NCBI RefSeq assembly: GCF_037042905.1
Contig: NC_087252.1
Coordinates: 6,634,001 to 6,698,000 of the forward strand
Reading direction: 5' to 3'
Length of the DNA stretch: 64,000 nucleotides
Origin: Lytechinus pictus
Taxonomy: Eukaryota
Part shown: in pieces, positions 49,401 through 60,097 of the stretch
How positions within the stretch are numbered: position 1 is the stretch's first letter
Layout of the letters: every line of letters begins with the position of its first letter
Program-made: the position numbers and the translations under genes
Notes under the pieces: model-generated
The model's database searches: none
The model's input: the letters and a program-made list of their open reading frames with translations, nothing else
Told to the model about the DNA's origin: nothing

Positions 49401-52400
49401 CATGACTTGTATACATGGTATAATTGTTCTTGGGTTGTTGTGATTAATGTATTAATGCGCTAATAAAAAAGATGAGATTCATATAAATTTTAATCATAAA
49501 AAAGATACCCTATAATAATTTGTTACCGTGGAAAATGTTACTTAGCAACGGTTGCTATGGTGCTCATTTTGTCTACCTATGGAAACATTCATTACATGAG
49601 GAATCTATGGGCCAGATTTAATTTATGAGCTATTCTGATTAAATTATAATGATCTAAACTAATATAAAGAATTTGTTGCTAGGGAAGAGGGTCACTTAGC
49701 GACCGTTGTTATGAATAAATGGATCAAAACTATTGTGATACAAAGGAACATACTTTAGATTAAAATTTGTATGACATATCGCCTGTGAAAATGTAACTCA
49801 AGCCCAATTAAGCTCAGTTACTAAGGTAAATAGATTACCTAGCAATCGTTGCTATGTTTAGTGAACTCACGCTGGCACCCCCTGCTAAAAATGTTTAGAA
49901 TAACTTACTCTACCTTTTGTGCCAATTTGCATGCTTGTACCATTTTCTGAACATTTTTTTCACCAATCACCTAGACTATAAGCAATGGATTTGGTTAGGA
50001 ACAGGTTATATTGCGGTCGCATGCAGCCCATCACAGCTAAGAAAGATATTGGATGCAAATGGGGATAATGGCGGAAAAAAAAAACTTGTTCAGGAACTCA
50101 TCCTCCTCCGAAATAAACTCTTTATTGGCTAATAGTAAAATTGCTTTCATTTGAAGATGTTAGCTATTTGTATCTCGTTAAATGACCAAGGGGTTACGTA
50201 CGAAACTCACTGCAGTATTGGAAGACTGCACTACGGGCATTTTAACATCTACGCAAAATCTCGCCAAGCAGCAATATTTCCCTTAAGTCTGGTTTTCTTT
50301 ACGGATCTGTGACATGAGGATTGAACATGTCTAAAGAACACAAATTTGATGACATAGATACGAACCGCTTCCACAGAATACTTTGACGTATTAAACTGAA
50401 TGCTTATAAGAAGGAGGACATCTTCTTGCCCTGCAAATTATTTGCCCTGGCAAATTTTCATTCGGCAAGACTCCGGAGGCTACCAATGTGGATTGTTACG
50501 CCACTGCATGTAACTTGTAGTACAATGTATCTTCTCACATTTTCCAAAAGGTTTTATCAAAATAAAAGTTTCTCTCACCAGAAACGTTTTTTTCTCCTGT
50601 ATTCACATTTAAATCAGGTACATTTCTATTGCCTCGCTGAATACATTCATTCCGATGTGTTTTTACACCAACGAGCGATGTGAGATACCGATCAAAGCTA
50701 TTATCTTGAATTACATACCATCGATCACTTTACAATCGGTTTCATCGTTGTGACTTTTGTGGTCCCATTTTAGCGCAATATCGAATAATAACATTATGGC
50801 ACCTTGCCCACTATCCAAACCAAAACTTCTGTCATTAAGCCTTTTAATATTCTCGTTGATATAAGATATTTCATTTCGAATGCTGACATTGTGGATTGAT
50901 CGCTGCTACTCATAATAAAGCAGTTAGAAAACATTGCAGTGCATTTGCATTTTTTAAACCCCAAACTTGCCCATTTTTGCCACAAATCATGTTTTCTAAA
51001 GTATCACCCTGACTCTCAAGAAAAAAATATTGCAAGTTTCTATGATCAAAATCATGGGTAAATTAGTATTCATTTTTTATGCTTGTGCATAAAAATGAAA
51101 GTATATATTAGTCTATACGAAAATTCATGTACACATCCAAGCGAAATTTCTGAAATTTGACTTTTAAAATTTGAGACAATACAAGTTCTTTTTGTAAAAA
51201 ATGATACGCAGATTGAAATTTGTCAAGATGATAATTATATATCAGTAAAATTTTCCGGAAAGTTTCAAGGCAACTGCTTCATATTTTCTTTAATTTATGT
51301 AAAATCATGTATTTCACAAATTCAAATTTTGGGCAAACAAATGTAAAAATAATACAATTTTCTATTCAAAATTTCAGGCAAATGACGTTTCTAGCTCTCA
51401 TAAATAGTATTAAATTGTAGGAAATGTATTTATCTTTCGTATGAAACAAGTTTTATAGCAATCGAAAGTTTATGTCAAAATCAATTTAAAAAAGTAGAAT
51501 TTTCTGAAAATTTGTCGGGTTAGGTTCAGGAAACAGACTGTTCTTCTCATATACATGTATTGTTAATTCTGGCAGCGTCAAAATTTGGCCCAGAAGCCCC
51601 ACATGAAAATGTATCCTTCTTGGAGTGGCACCTCGTTCAATTATAATCCTGAATAGCACATGCTGATGTATTGTCCGAATATGACAAAAATTAAGTTTTT
51701 ACATGTACATAATGTCAAAGGGAAGATTATCCTACATGTATAGGATGTACATTAAGTATTATGATTGCATTTTTGTCGCTATTATAAACCAATGAACCTT
51801 CTTCACATTTTCTTGCCTTTGTAACGAGATTTCTAGTACAATAATTGGTAAAATTGTGAAAGTTAGTGTCATTAGAAGGATTGTTATTAGTTGAGCTAGA
51901 AAGATATCAGCTCCGTGATAACTCCACATACGTGCTGTGTAAAAAATATTTTATGTTACATGTATTTAAAACAAAACTTTTTAAGATTCAAAACTTGAAT
52001 GTCATAGAGCAAAGAGTCTATTAAGTACAATATAAACTGCATCTCAAGTGAGTAGTGCATAGATGTTCGAATTTGATGAAACATAATTAATACCAGGAAT
52101 AAATATGTTTTTTATGAATATCTTTTTTCAAAATCAACAGTGAAATCTTAAGTACTCTGCTTTGGTATGTTTTATTAATGTGTAAATGTTTTAATACCGA
52201 TTTTTTTTAATTATTAAACAACATAAACATATAATTTGCTTACTGTGCATCTCAAGATTTTCTGTTATTTCTCCATTGAGAGCAGATACGTCATGACCAC
52301 TGATGACGCATTTCAGTGTTTCGCCATAGTTCTCTCTAGTAGCTGGAAATGTACAGACAATCTCTTTACTGGAGAACCCTGCATCAGCTGGAAGAGTATA

Positions 52401-55400
52401 TTCTAGAAAACCATCACACGGGGCAGGATCATCACCTAGCATCAATGTAAGTGTTTCTTGTGGTCTACCTCCTGTAGCTCTGCACGTTGCTATGTATACA
52501 TCAGCATCATCTGCAATAGCACTTCCAATCGTCAATGATGATGTTGATTGGACTGAAAATACAATGTGATTTTTTTTATCTTTACATGGTATGTCTACTG
52601 ACATTAATCTATTTTCAATGATACTACAAATTATTTTAATACCACTATTTTCCGAAACATGAACATTTAGATTATCTTTTAGCATTCATATGGTGTGTTC
52701 GTTCTCCACCAAAAAAAAATAAAAAATAAATAAATAAATAAAACGTAGAACACCTCTTGCATTTAAAAGTTTTTGCAAGAAACATATTTGTGTCAGTGTC
52801 AGTTAAAGATAAGGTGTTGATGAATATAACTTGAATTTATCATCTTTATTTAACCTACCTTCTACTTTAAGTTCCTTGACATCAGTCTCCAATGGCCCTG
52901 AGAAGCATTTATACCGTCCTTCATCGTCTATCTGTGAATTAGTGATTGTCATAGTGGATTGGGGATAAGCAACACCCGTCTGTGATACATCAAAATTGTC
53001 ATATTTTGTAGCTTCTGTTGGGTGGGTTCTGAGTATACCTCTGAAAATATCAACATTTGGAACAACTGAGACATCTGTCCATTTAAATACGCCTCCTATG
53101 CCTATAGAATCAGGGGTCTGTCCGCATTTGTAAACTGCATCATGTCCTTGCTCTACCGCGGAAGGTCCGTTGAAAGCCAAAAGTGACTGGCTGTTCGCAA
53201 GTTCTATGAACTTCAAAAAATCAATAAACAAGAATATAAACAAGATGTTATGTAAATGAGAAACAATGAGAAATACCTTTGGTCCTATGTATCGGAGGGA
53301 GGGGGTAAAGTTTGCTATACCCCTCTCGCAAACACGTGTCAAAACCACCACAACGCGTTTAATTGATTGCCAATTTATAAACTATTTACATGATTTGATA
53401 ATTCCCACGCGTTTTATTCTCCATTCTTACTTCTTTTGTGAATCAAAACCCCGTAAAGCATATAAAAAAATGCCCTTTAGCGATAAATAAAAAATCGATT
53501 GAATTATAATTGAAATGTGAAAAAAAGCGAATGATAAAGACGAAAACATATGGGCCTAAGCTCTATCTTTATTCGATTTCTTTAAAGACAAAGACCGGAT
53601 AAAAAAAATTGAAACTGAAAATGTGAAATCCTATAAACTAGTAACATGACAGAGCACATCAATGTATGTTTCATGGATGTCAATGGCTTGGCAGCTGAGC
53701 ATTTTGTCTAAGAAAAAAGAACAAATCAGGATCGAAAATTACATAAAATCATAATCATACTCATAAGCCAGGAGGGTTGTGATTAGATATATTTGTATGT
53801 ACATGCAAATAAGATCATTATTTTCTTGGTTTCCAGATTTTGAATTTTTTTTTTTACAATCCACAGAGGAAAGTATTGACTAGATTTTTTGTTTTTTCTC
53901 TGATTGGCCCTTATTTGGCATAAATTGTTATGTCAGAAACTGTTCAACAATTGATTCGGCTGACAAATTCAAAACAGCCCTTAAAATATGTAAAACCTTT
54001 AATATTCAAATTGTACCTCAGCTCTATTAAGTGAATTCACAACTGTTCTTTTTCTTTTCTTTATTTTCGTAAGGGCTTGTAGATATATTTATTATGTGTT
54101 ATGCAATAGGCCCTATATAAATAATGACTATTACTATTCTATCATCATTATCATTATCTACTTCAAGAGAAAACGGAATATTGAACATGGCAAAAACTAA
54201 TCCACAGCTGTAGATTTCCTTATGTTAGGTCTTCAAAAGAAAATCTATTTGTGATACCGATTGGTATGGAAGTAAAAAAATTCAGGTTACAGTTCGTTTT
54301 TCCAAAGGTTCGTACCTCCGAAACCCGTAAATTGCTAGATATCTTGATTTCGTAACAAAAATGAAAATGGGTTCATTCATCCGAAACTTTGTGGCGTTAT
54401 TCCGAAGGTTTGTTAGTCAAAAAACGAAAAAAGATTCGTTAGTCCAAACACGAAATAAAATTCGTTAGTCCGAAAATAAAATATAGTTCGTTAGTCTGAA
54501 ACTGAAATAGTCTATGTCGAAGCCGGGAAAATGGAAGGGCAGGCTTGAAGGGGGAGGGGGGGGGGGGGGGAGAATCACAGTTGCTATTAATTTGTTATGA
54601 GTATGGAAAGAGCTACTCTATCGTTACCGGGGCGATTTATACGTACGAAGGATTTTCTCGAAGCGGGTGATCATAGACTTATGGTGCTTGTTAATTTTCA
54701 TGCAGGAATCGATATCATGTTTGTGTCTGATTGGGGCCTGGATCCTGTCCACGGAGGATTATTTTATTGTTACTGGGGGAGCTGAGCATTGTCACAGTGG
54801 CCAGGTCCATGATGGGGGCGTGGGAAAACAGCAATCTGCAGCCATCGTAGCCAGCTTTATGGAAGGGGGGGGGGGACAGTTATTTCGCATTATTTCATTT
54901 TCGGAATAATGAACCTTCGGAATAATAAACCTCGTTTCGTTTCCGGACTTATTTACCTTCGGAAAAACGAACCTTTGAAATAATGAGCCCTTGTAGTAGT
55001 CGAATCTTTGGAATAACCGACCTTCTGAAAAACGAATGTATCCCCGAAAATGTTTTCGAGGCTGAAAGTGATATGAACAGATAAAGTATTCGCAGACTCA
55101 CAAACAGTGATAAACATGCATGAAAATATTTTGAATAAGAACAAAGGAAAGTGGGGACATGACATCATCAAAGTCCAATAACTGAATTATTTTTTTATCC
55201 TATTTTCACTTTCTGAAAGTGGTTTTTATTCTTTATCTTTTTATTTACATCGGTAGTCTGAAGTACCCCCTTTAAAATATAATCTCATTTAGTGTCGCGT
55301 ACAATAAGATTATATTAAAAAAGCTCTTGCCATTGTGTTATTGGTTTCATAATGTACGTCCCATGCTGAGATTAAGTAAATGCGTTCTCTCGGTATATTT

Positions 55401-55495
55401 CAAGAACATGAGGTTTTAAATCATAGGTAACTTACCAGCGTGATTATTCCGATAACGTGTACATTGATTCTTCTACTCTTTCTACTTCTATCCAT
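30244..55495 (-). CDS. Gene 2: Ig-domain (V + 2 Ig) single-pass receptor with ITAM-like motif and tyrosine-kinase-like pseudokinase domain, about 760 aa
   Basis: 16-17 GT-AG exons, fully phase-consistent from ATG 55495 to TAA 30244; 2283 nt including the optional 42-nt exon. Confidence 0.88.
30405..30638 (+). mobile_element. tRNA-derived SINE
   Basis: A box TGGCTCAGTTGG, B box GGTTCAAACCC, body and AATAAAA tail. Confidence 0.75.
31404..31485. repeat. (TA)n microsatellite
   Basis: Direct observation. Confidence 0.9.
31486..32295. mobile_element. Tc1/mariner MITE, uninterrupted copy
   Basis: Same family as 10744..12806; TA TSD next to a (TA)n tract. Confidence 0.88.
32384..32483 (-). CDS. 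Gene 2 kinase subdomain XI (YAIMSTCWKKDPTSRTNF)
   Basis: ttcacag|G TAT...CAT|gtaaga. Confidence 0.92.
33465..33561 (-). CDS. Gene 2 kinase subdomain X (GARPYPKM...GYQMQRPRHC)
   Basis: atgtag|GT...GT|gtaatt. Confidence 0.92.
34667..34772 (-). CDS. Gene 2 kinase subdomains VIII-IX (PTRWSSPE...GDIWSFGIVLWEIVTLG)
   Basis: tcttag|AAA...CTG G|gtaagg. Confidence 0.93.
35142..35246 (-). CDS. Gene 2 kinase subdomains VIb-VII (IIHGALCAHNVLL...KISEYGLS)
   Basis: tttcag|ATC...GCT|gtaagt; aligns to HRDLAARNVL...KISDFGLS. Confidence 0.92.
36111..36292 (-). CDS. Gene 2 kinase subdomains V-VIa with short insert (PTYSNL; AWQVAKGMQFLASKK)
   Basis: catttag|GC...AAG|gtaaca; RTK-type alphaE motif. Confidence 0.92.
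37004..37108 (-). CDS. Gene 2 kinase subdomains III-IV (LQTIKILYQLSDQPNIVKCLGYC)
   Basis: tcatag|AT...CAA G|gtacgt. Confidence 0.88.
37772..37942 (-). CDS. Gene 2 exon: YTTL plus kinase subdomains I-II (GRGDFGEVW...VAIR)
   Basis: tttttag|CG TAC...CCA G|gtgata; intact Gly loop, beta3 Lys replaced by Arg. Confidence 0.9.
38356..38426 (-). CDS. Gene 2 juxtamembrane exon with first ITAM half (DEVNTPKEMNDNVAYEMIQSGDR)
   Basis: aaacag|A GAT...AGA G|gtgaaa; 71 nt, phase 2-1. Confidence 0.75.
39110..40140. repeat. (GT)/(GA)-rich minisatellite
   Basis: Recurring GTGCGAGTGTG(G/T)CAGAGGTTTGGGTGTGTCTG with (GT)n and (GA)n. Confidence 0.9.
40431..40461 (-). CDS. Gene 2 juxtamembrane micro-exon (EFDGSKMNEKG)
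   Basis: cactag|AG...GG|gtaagt; 31 nt, phase 1-2, which the next exon requires. Confidence 0.75.
40736..40903 (-). CDS. Gene 2 hinge and transmembrane exon
   Basis: caaccag|AG...CCA G|gtgatt; ETTSITSEPTCTPCPRS...AGIAILAILLVVSIIINIVQFVLL-RRRTKP. Confidence 0.88.
41226..41748. mobile_element. Kolobok-like MITE
   Basis: Imperfect inverted ends AAGTCCACCC...GGGGTGGAACTTGTCCT|TTAA. Confidence 0.5.
41880..42520 (-). mobile_element. Degenerate non-LTR retrotransposon 3' relic
   Basis: ILRVTKFTPDAMAYGETGR motif typical of LINE ORF2 C-termini. Confidence 0.6.
43671..43712 (-). CDS. Gene 2 stalk micro-exon B (duplicate of A, shifted acceptor; GKLTTSHAKTDYEG)
   Basis: Paralogous to exon A; original acceptor reads ccg, in-phase cag 9 nt inside; donor G|gtaaga intact. 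Confidence 0.45.
44040..44090 (-). CDS. Gene 2 stalk micro-exon A (KTTEKLMTSHPTTEYEE)
   Basis: ttttcag|AA...GAA G|gtaaga; 51 nt, phase 1-1. Confidence 0.75.
44617..44889 (-). CDS. Gene 2 exon 4, third Ig-like domain
   Basis: cattcag|AT CGA...CAA A|gtaagc; RVTCAIDAANQPFP...EFECVAGNYLG. Confidence 0.88.
45977..49978. mobile_element. Academ-like non-autonomous element (TAG...CTA, 3-bp TSD TAA)
   Basis: Imperfect TIRs TAGTCT(G/A)G(A/G)TGAT(C/T)GGTG...TGGTACAAGCATG... over >150 bp; TAA at 45974-45976 and 49979-49981. Confidence 0.75.
47850..48820. repeat. Minisatellite of ~180-200-bp units built from two related ~90-bp halves
   Basis: GCTGCAGGATTGATCCAGGTCAAAACACCTGG recurs near 47855, 48041, 48218, 48403, 48607, 48786. 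Confidence 0.85.
52244..52552 (-). CDS. Gene 2 exon 3, CD80/nectin-like C2(C1-like) Ig domain
   Basis: ttttcag|TC...CAC A|gtaagc; ATCRATGGRPQETLT...FPATRENYGETLKCVISGH. Confidence 0.88.
52859..53210 (-). CDS. Gene 2 exon 2, V-type Ig domain
   Basis: YKC...FKW...MTITNSQIDDEGRYKC with 72 residues between the cysteines; donor GAA G|gtaggt; acceptor ttttttgaag is less certain. Confidence 0.85.
55436..55495 (-). CDS. Gene 2 exon 1 (signal peptide start, MDRSRKSRRINVHVIGIITL)
   Basis: ATG...CTG|gtaagt, phase 0; joined to FIELANS-Q it gives a basic n-region, hydrophobic h-region and A-x-S cleavage site. Confidence 0.65.
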
Positions 55496-55589
55496 TGCGT
55501 AATTTTCCAGTACTCCTCTGTTTGAAGGCCTTATGGTTTGGAGTGATGAGACACACAAATTGAAAGTTTAGATTTAGGCAGTGAATATG

Positions 55590-55680
55590 TTCCCACTTCT
55601 CCGATCTACGTATAGCTGACGTGAGCCGTCGACATCCCGCAGCAGCCAATAAAAAAGTCAAAAGCTGCTATTATAAATTT
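55590..55680 (-). promoter_or_regulatory. Putative proximal promoter of gene 2
   Basis: TGACGT (CRE-like half site) at 55617 and CCAAT at 55646, in a CpG-richer patch 100-160 bp upstream of the ATG. Confidence 0.3.
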
Positions 55681-57037
55681 GAATAATAGGAATCACTCGA
55701 CCTTTTCTACCATGTTACGCGATGGGAAGGGGGGGGGGGGGGGTGCGCTTAGTTATTAAATACCATAAACGCTCAATGGCATATTTAGTACTAATTATTT
55801 ATCTGTCTCTGCCCTTGCCTTTTCTAATCATTTTAATCAATCCCAATCGATTACCATTTTCTGAGTTTTATACGAAACATACATTTTGCTATATAATCTA
55901 AACATGGAAAAAAATGTATGTCCAAATGTCCAAGTAACGCGAATTTAGGATCTACGATCCATGACATTTGCTCCACACAATAAAGGAATGACCTAGTTCA
56001 ACCCTGGATTTAATACTATACGCTATCCTAAACGTAATAACCCTAACCTTAACCCCAGCCCTAACCATAGGCCTATATCTTAGACGAAAAAAACCCGGAG
56101 CAGTTGTCGCCAGAGCAAATGTCGTGTCGCCACTTACACTCTACCGACAATCTTCTCAATGGTGAAATCAGTATCTCGTCCAACACCCCTGCATCATGTG
56201 CATGCACTTGCAAGAACCCTTTTTTCAGATATTTTTTTTAAAATAATAATTCAGGCCCATTTTCGTTAATTGTCTTTATTTCGATGGATTGTTTTGTATT
56301 ACTCGGTATTTCAGAACGAAAGTGTTTTGATTGATTGGTTGCATTTATTCTTTTCTTAGTTGTAGTATAAAAGAAGATTCTTCCCAGAAGCTTATTTTAA
56401 TTAATAGACATCACGACAAACGATCGCTATATTTGCCCAGGTTACCGTCGCATATTTCAGTAACTACCCGAATGTTGCTGTGTGTTGGCACCTTCTCATT
56501 CGGCCAATACGTGGTACACCCCCCACACACACACAGACACACTTTTAAAACTTCCCACAGTTCCTGCGTTTTCATAAGCTCTTATGAGCGCGGTCGATTC
56601 GTGAAAGGAAAATAAATAATGCCCAAAAAAACCCCAGCTCGGCCATGATAATTTCCATCCACCCCTCCCAAATTTAGTGAGGGTCGTCAGGAACCAAATA
56701 TCAGTCTGTGCTGCGCATTGCCTGAAAATTTGGTCGCTTTGCAAGAATGTAGTGATTTGACCTAAATCACATTCATTTTCAAAAGACATCATATAACAGT
56801 CAGTAGTTATATGAAAGGGGAAGTCAACATGGCCAAATAGATGAAGACAGGGCGTACTGGTCCTGAATAGTGCAAGTTTACGACATTTTTTTTACGCAAT
56901 TGAATGACGCTATACTGCCATGAAACGACGAAATAAATAGGACGTAATTTCGCCACTTTCTTTACAATGCATTTTTGATGTTGAATGTATTATATTGTAA
57001 TAAAATGAATGTTTACTTGGCAGGAATGTTAAAAGTA

Positions 57038-57516
57038 ATTTGTTAACAAATTTTCGGCATTACTTCTATTTGTTTCAGATCAGTATGCTCGATCTGTAAA
57101 TGAAAAATCATAAGATCAGCATGCTCGATCTGTAATGAAAATCATAAGGAAATCATTAAAAAAAGCCTCTTAATTTACTATCTATTGTCCACGGCGGAAG
57201 GTATTTGAATACTAATGAGTCAGAAAGAAGAGGATCGAGGGTATTTGAATTCCAGTTCATCGTGGCTTAGCCGTGAACCAGAATAGCCTGGAGGTTGAGT
57301 CGCTGCCCGGAAAGCAGTAGATGGCAGGTTCGAATCCCACTGGTTCCAATTTTTCCTGACTTATGATCTTATGATTTTCATTACAGATCGAGCATACTGA
57401 TCTTATGATTTTCATTTACAGATCGAGCATACTGATCTGAAACAAATAGGAGTAATGCCGAAAATTTGTTAACAAATTTTAATTTCTTCCTATGAAAAAA
57501 AGCCTCTTAATTTACT
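57038..57516 (+). mobile_element. Non-autonomous retro-insertion with tRNA-like core, 5' inversion and terminal direct repeat (Penelope-like architecture)
   Basis: 13-bp TSD AATGTTAAAAGTA; ~110-bp inverted repeat; 23-bp direct repeat; tRNA-like 57275..57347 followed by TTTTT. Confidence 0.65.
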
Positions 57517-60037
57517 AATGTTAAAAGTAGATTGATAGTCGATAGGGTATGGGCATTGGTTCAGCTTAAAAGGGTGATACACATAAGCGGAAAGTGGACT
57601 AAGGGGCGGGGGGGCAGACTGAGTCAACCTTTGGATATGGTTTGAAGCCGGAGTCATGTCGGTTTTAAACAGTTCTGAAAATTTATTGATACGTGTATCG
57701 CCCCAAGTGGACTCAGACAGGTTTTACCAATAAACTAGAAATAGCTAACAATAGTTATAGCATTCAGACCATAGACATCGTGCAATTGAACAATGTAAAC
57801 TGTTAACATGAAAGTCAGGCGACTTGTATCACGTGAATTCATTTATTTTATTTATGGCAAAAGGAATACAAGAAAAGAAAAACTCGTGACAATTTTAAAA
57901 ACCTATCGATCGATGGCCATGGATACCTAAAAGAACACTATAAAAAAGTTCTCTCATCACCATTCTATGGTTTACAAACACAATTATTAACATTAAAATC
58001 AATTAAAAAATATATAGCAATTAGTGTTATCAAGATATATATGAACACATAAAAAACATTTAAGCGATGGAAGCAATGAGGAACATGTAAGAACGTCGTG
58101 CCAAGCAAATTAGATTCAAGTAAGACGTGTATTAAGAGGTATTTCCAAATATAAAAGACATAAAACACCTAAAAAACATTGTGCGATATATTTAATTAAA
58201 TGGTAAACACGACCATCCTTTCCGACCAAATATACACAACAAATTATAGTAATGATATCCCATGGTTGATAAGATGACCATTAATAGATCAAACCAAATG
58301 TGTTTTTAACGTGTGTTTCCTGACAGGATACACAGTGCTTTGTTGTTATCGAACTTTAGTCTAATTTTGATCATCCATCAATGAAAATGGACCAAATTGA
58401 CCAACCTTGATATAATTACACATTAATATGTCTAAAACGACAGTATCATAGAAATATGAATATACACATCAGGTCGTAAAGAAGATAGCTCACTAACAAA
58501 TCAGGAAAACCAATAAACCTAAAGAAAGATCCTTTCGAAACTTCGAGCCCCAATCAATGCATTTTCATTATTTATTTTTATACTATTTTCTTGACCCTAA
58601 TCAGCGCTGTAGACATATAATTTTAGGATGAAATAATGATCCACTGTTTTCAATATTTCAAAGATGGTTTAATGACCCTTTCTCGACTGTCTCCGGTAAA
58701 CAGATTCAAGACTCGGTTAATCAGTCATAATGATACATGAATAAACTGCGTAGAAAATACGTAAAATGTAGATAAACATGTAATTAGACAAAGGAAAGTC
58801 AGAATCTATTTATAAGAAATAAGGAACGAAAGAAAAGCTTAAACACTTGTTTGGCATGACTCTAAAACAAATATACATAGATTGCAGACAGGAAAAAAAC
58901 GCACCATATATCACGCACTCAAACTCACACACGATCCAATCCAATGTTCTATTTACTTGCAAACAAAATATACAAGTATAAACGAAAATACAGTTTACAT
59001 TCAACATAAAAAATGAAAGAAACACCTGTAAATAAAATGTACATATACATAATAACACGGTGAAAAGATTTATCGAACTTTATGTGAAGAATGCTTGACT
59101 AAAATTGTCCGAAAGAGGGACCTTATTCTACTAACATCTGAACTTGATCTCGTGATTTTATGTTATTCCATTACCTCATTTCAACATGATATAATGATTT
59201 TTGTTTTTGTTTTACTAATGATGTTAATTTTACCTTGAGCATGTTGAGTACATGGGAATGTGACTTTTAGCGGGTTTTATACGAGCGAATAACGGTCTTT
59301 ATAGTACATGAAATCTAGAAATCATTTAGTTTGCATGGAAACAAAAAAAATATGATAAATCTTAGGGGTAACCCAGTCATATGATTTTGGTGCATAATTT
59401 GTGAATATTAGGCTTAATTTTTTTATTCTGTTACATACAACTGTTTAAGATAGGGATTTATAAGTATCTACCCATATATGATTACAACAATTTTAAATGT
59501 GGTGAAAGTAATATAAATAAATTCGAGTGCAAATCTTGGCGGCAACGTATACAATGGCCTCGACACAACACCAACATTTCTTGCTACTGACGTATATGTT
59601 GTAGACGTATGGAAAATCCAGTTGAGATATCAATTATTGTTACACCTAAAAACTTAACATTCTCTACTTTCAAATTTCAAATAACAGATTTTCGGCAGCA
59701 TTCCTTGTTGTCAAGGTGAGATTGGAGTTTCGACTCTTTCTTCTTTTGCTCGAAAAAAGACCGGAGAGTCGGAAGATGTCCTTTGAAACACTGTATATGC
59801 CTATTGTATACATGTAGCTACATGTAACACAGTGTGATATACCAATTAACCTTTTCCATCCTTATGATAGTTTAAAAACAATATCCAAAAAGCTTTAACA
59901 ACTTTGGTTTGACTAACTGGCTTAAACAACGTGCTTGAAAATTTCAATCAGCGTTTTTCTCAATTTGAGATAAGACAAAATAATTCTTTAATTAATATAA
60001 TCATGATGTCATTCTTCCTCGATGCTTTAAGTGAAAT

Positions 60038-60097
60038 TCACATATCAATAGCAGACGCATACACCCGTTCATCCAAGTCATTTAGAGACAGGTAACT
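60038..60097 (-). CDS. Gene 3 last exon (SYLSLNDLDERVYASAIDM*)
   Basis: ttcacag|AGT...TGA. Confidence 0.88.
   Translation of the reverse strand, partial: SYLSLNDLDERVYASAIDM

Noticed and set aside
52803-53351. RAG-type rearranging V segment suggested by IgV plus RSS-like MITE
   Set aside because: The V exon is complete and spliced normally, I saw no flanking heptamer/nonamer, and the RSS-like element is ~47 kb away in another gene.
30244-55495. Naming gene 2 FGFR, RET, TIE or PTK7
   Set aside because: The C-lobe is RTK-like, but catalytic motifs, ectodomain and juxtamembrane region match none of these convincingly; no symbol assigned.
57275-57347. Functional tRNA-Ser(GGA)
   Set aside because: T-stem mispaired (GCAGG/CCCAC), no U33, no long variable arm, and embedded in a TSD-flanked insertion.
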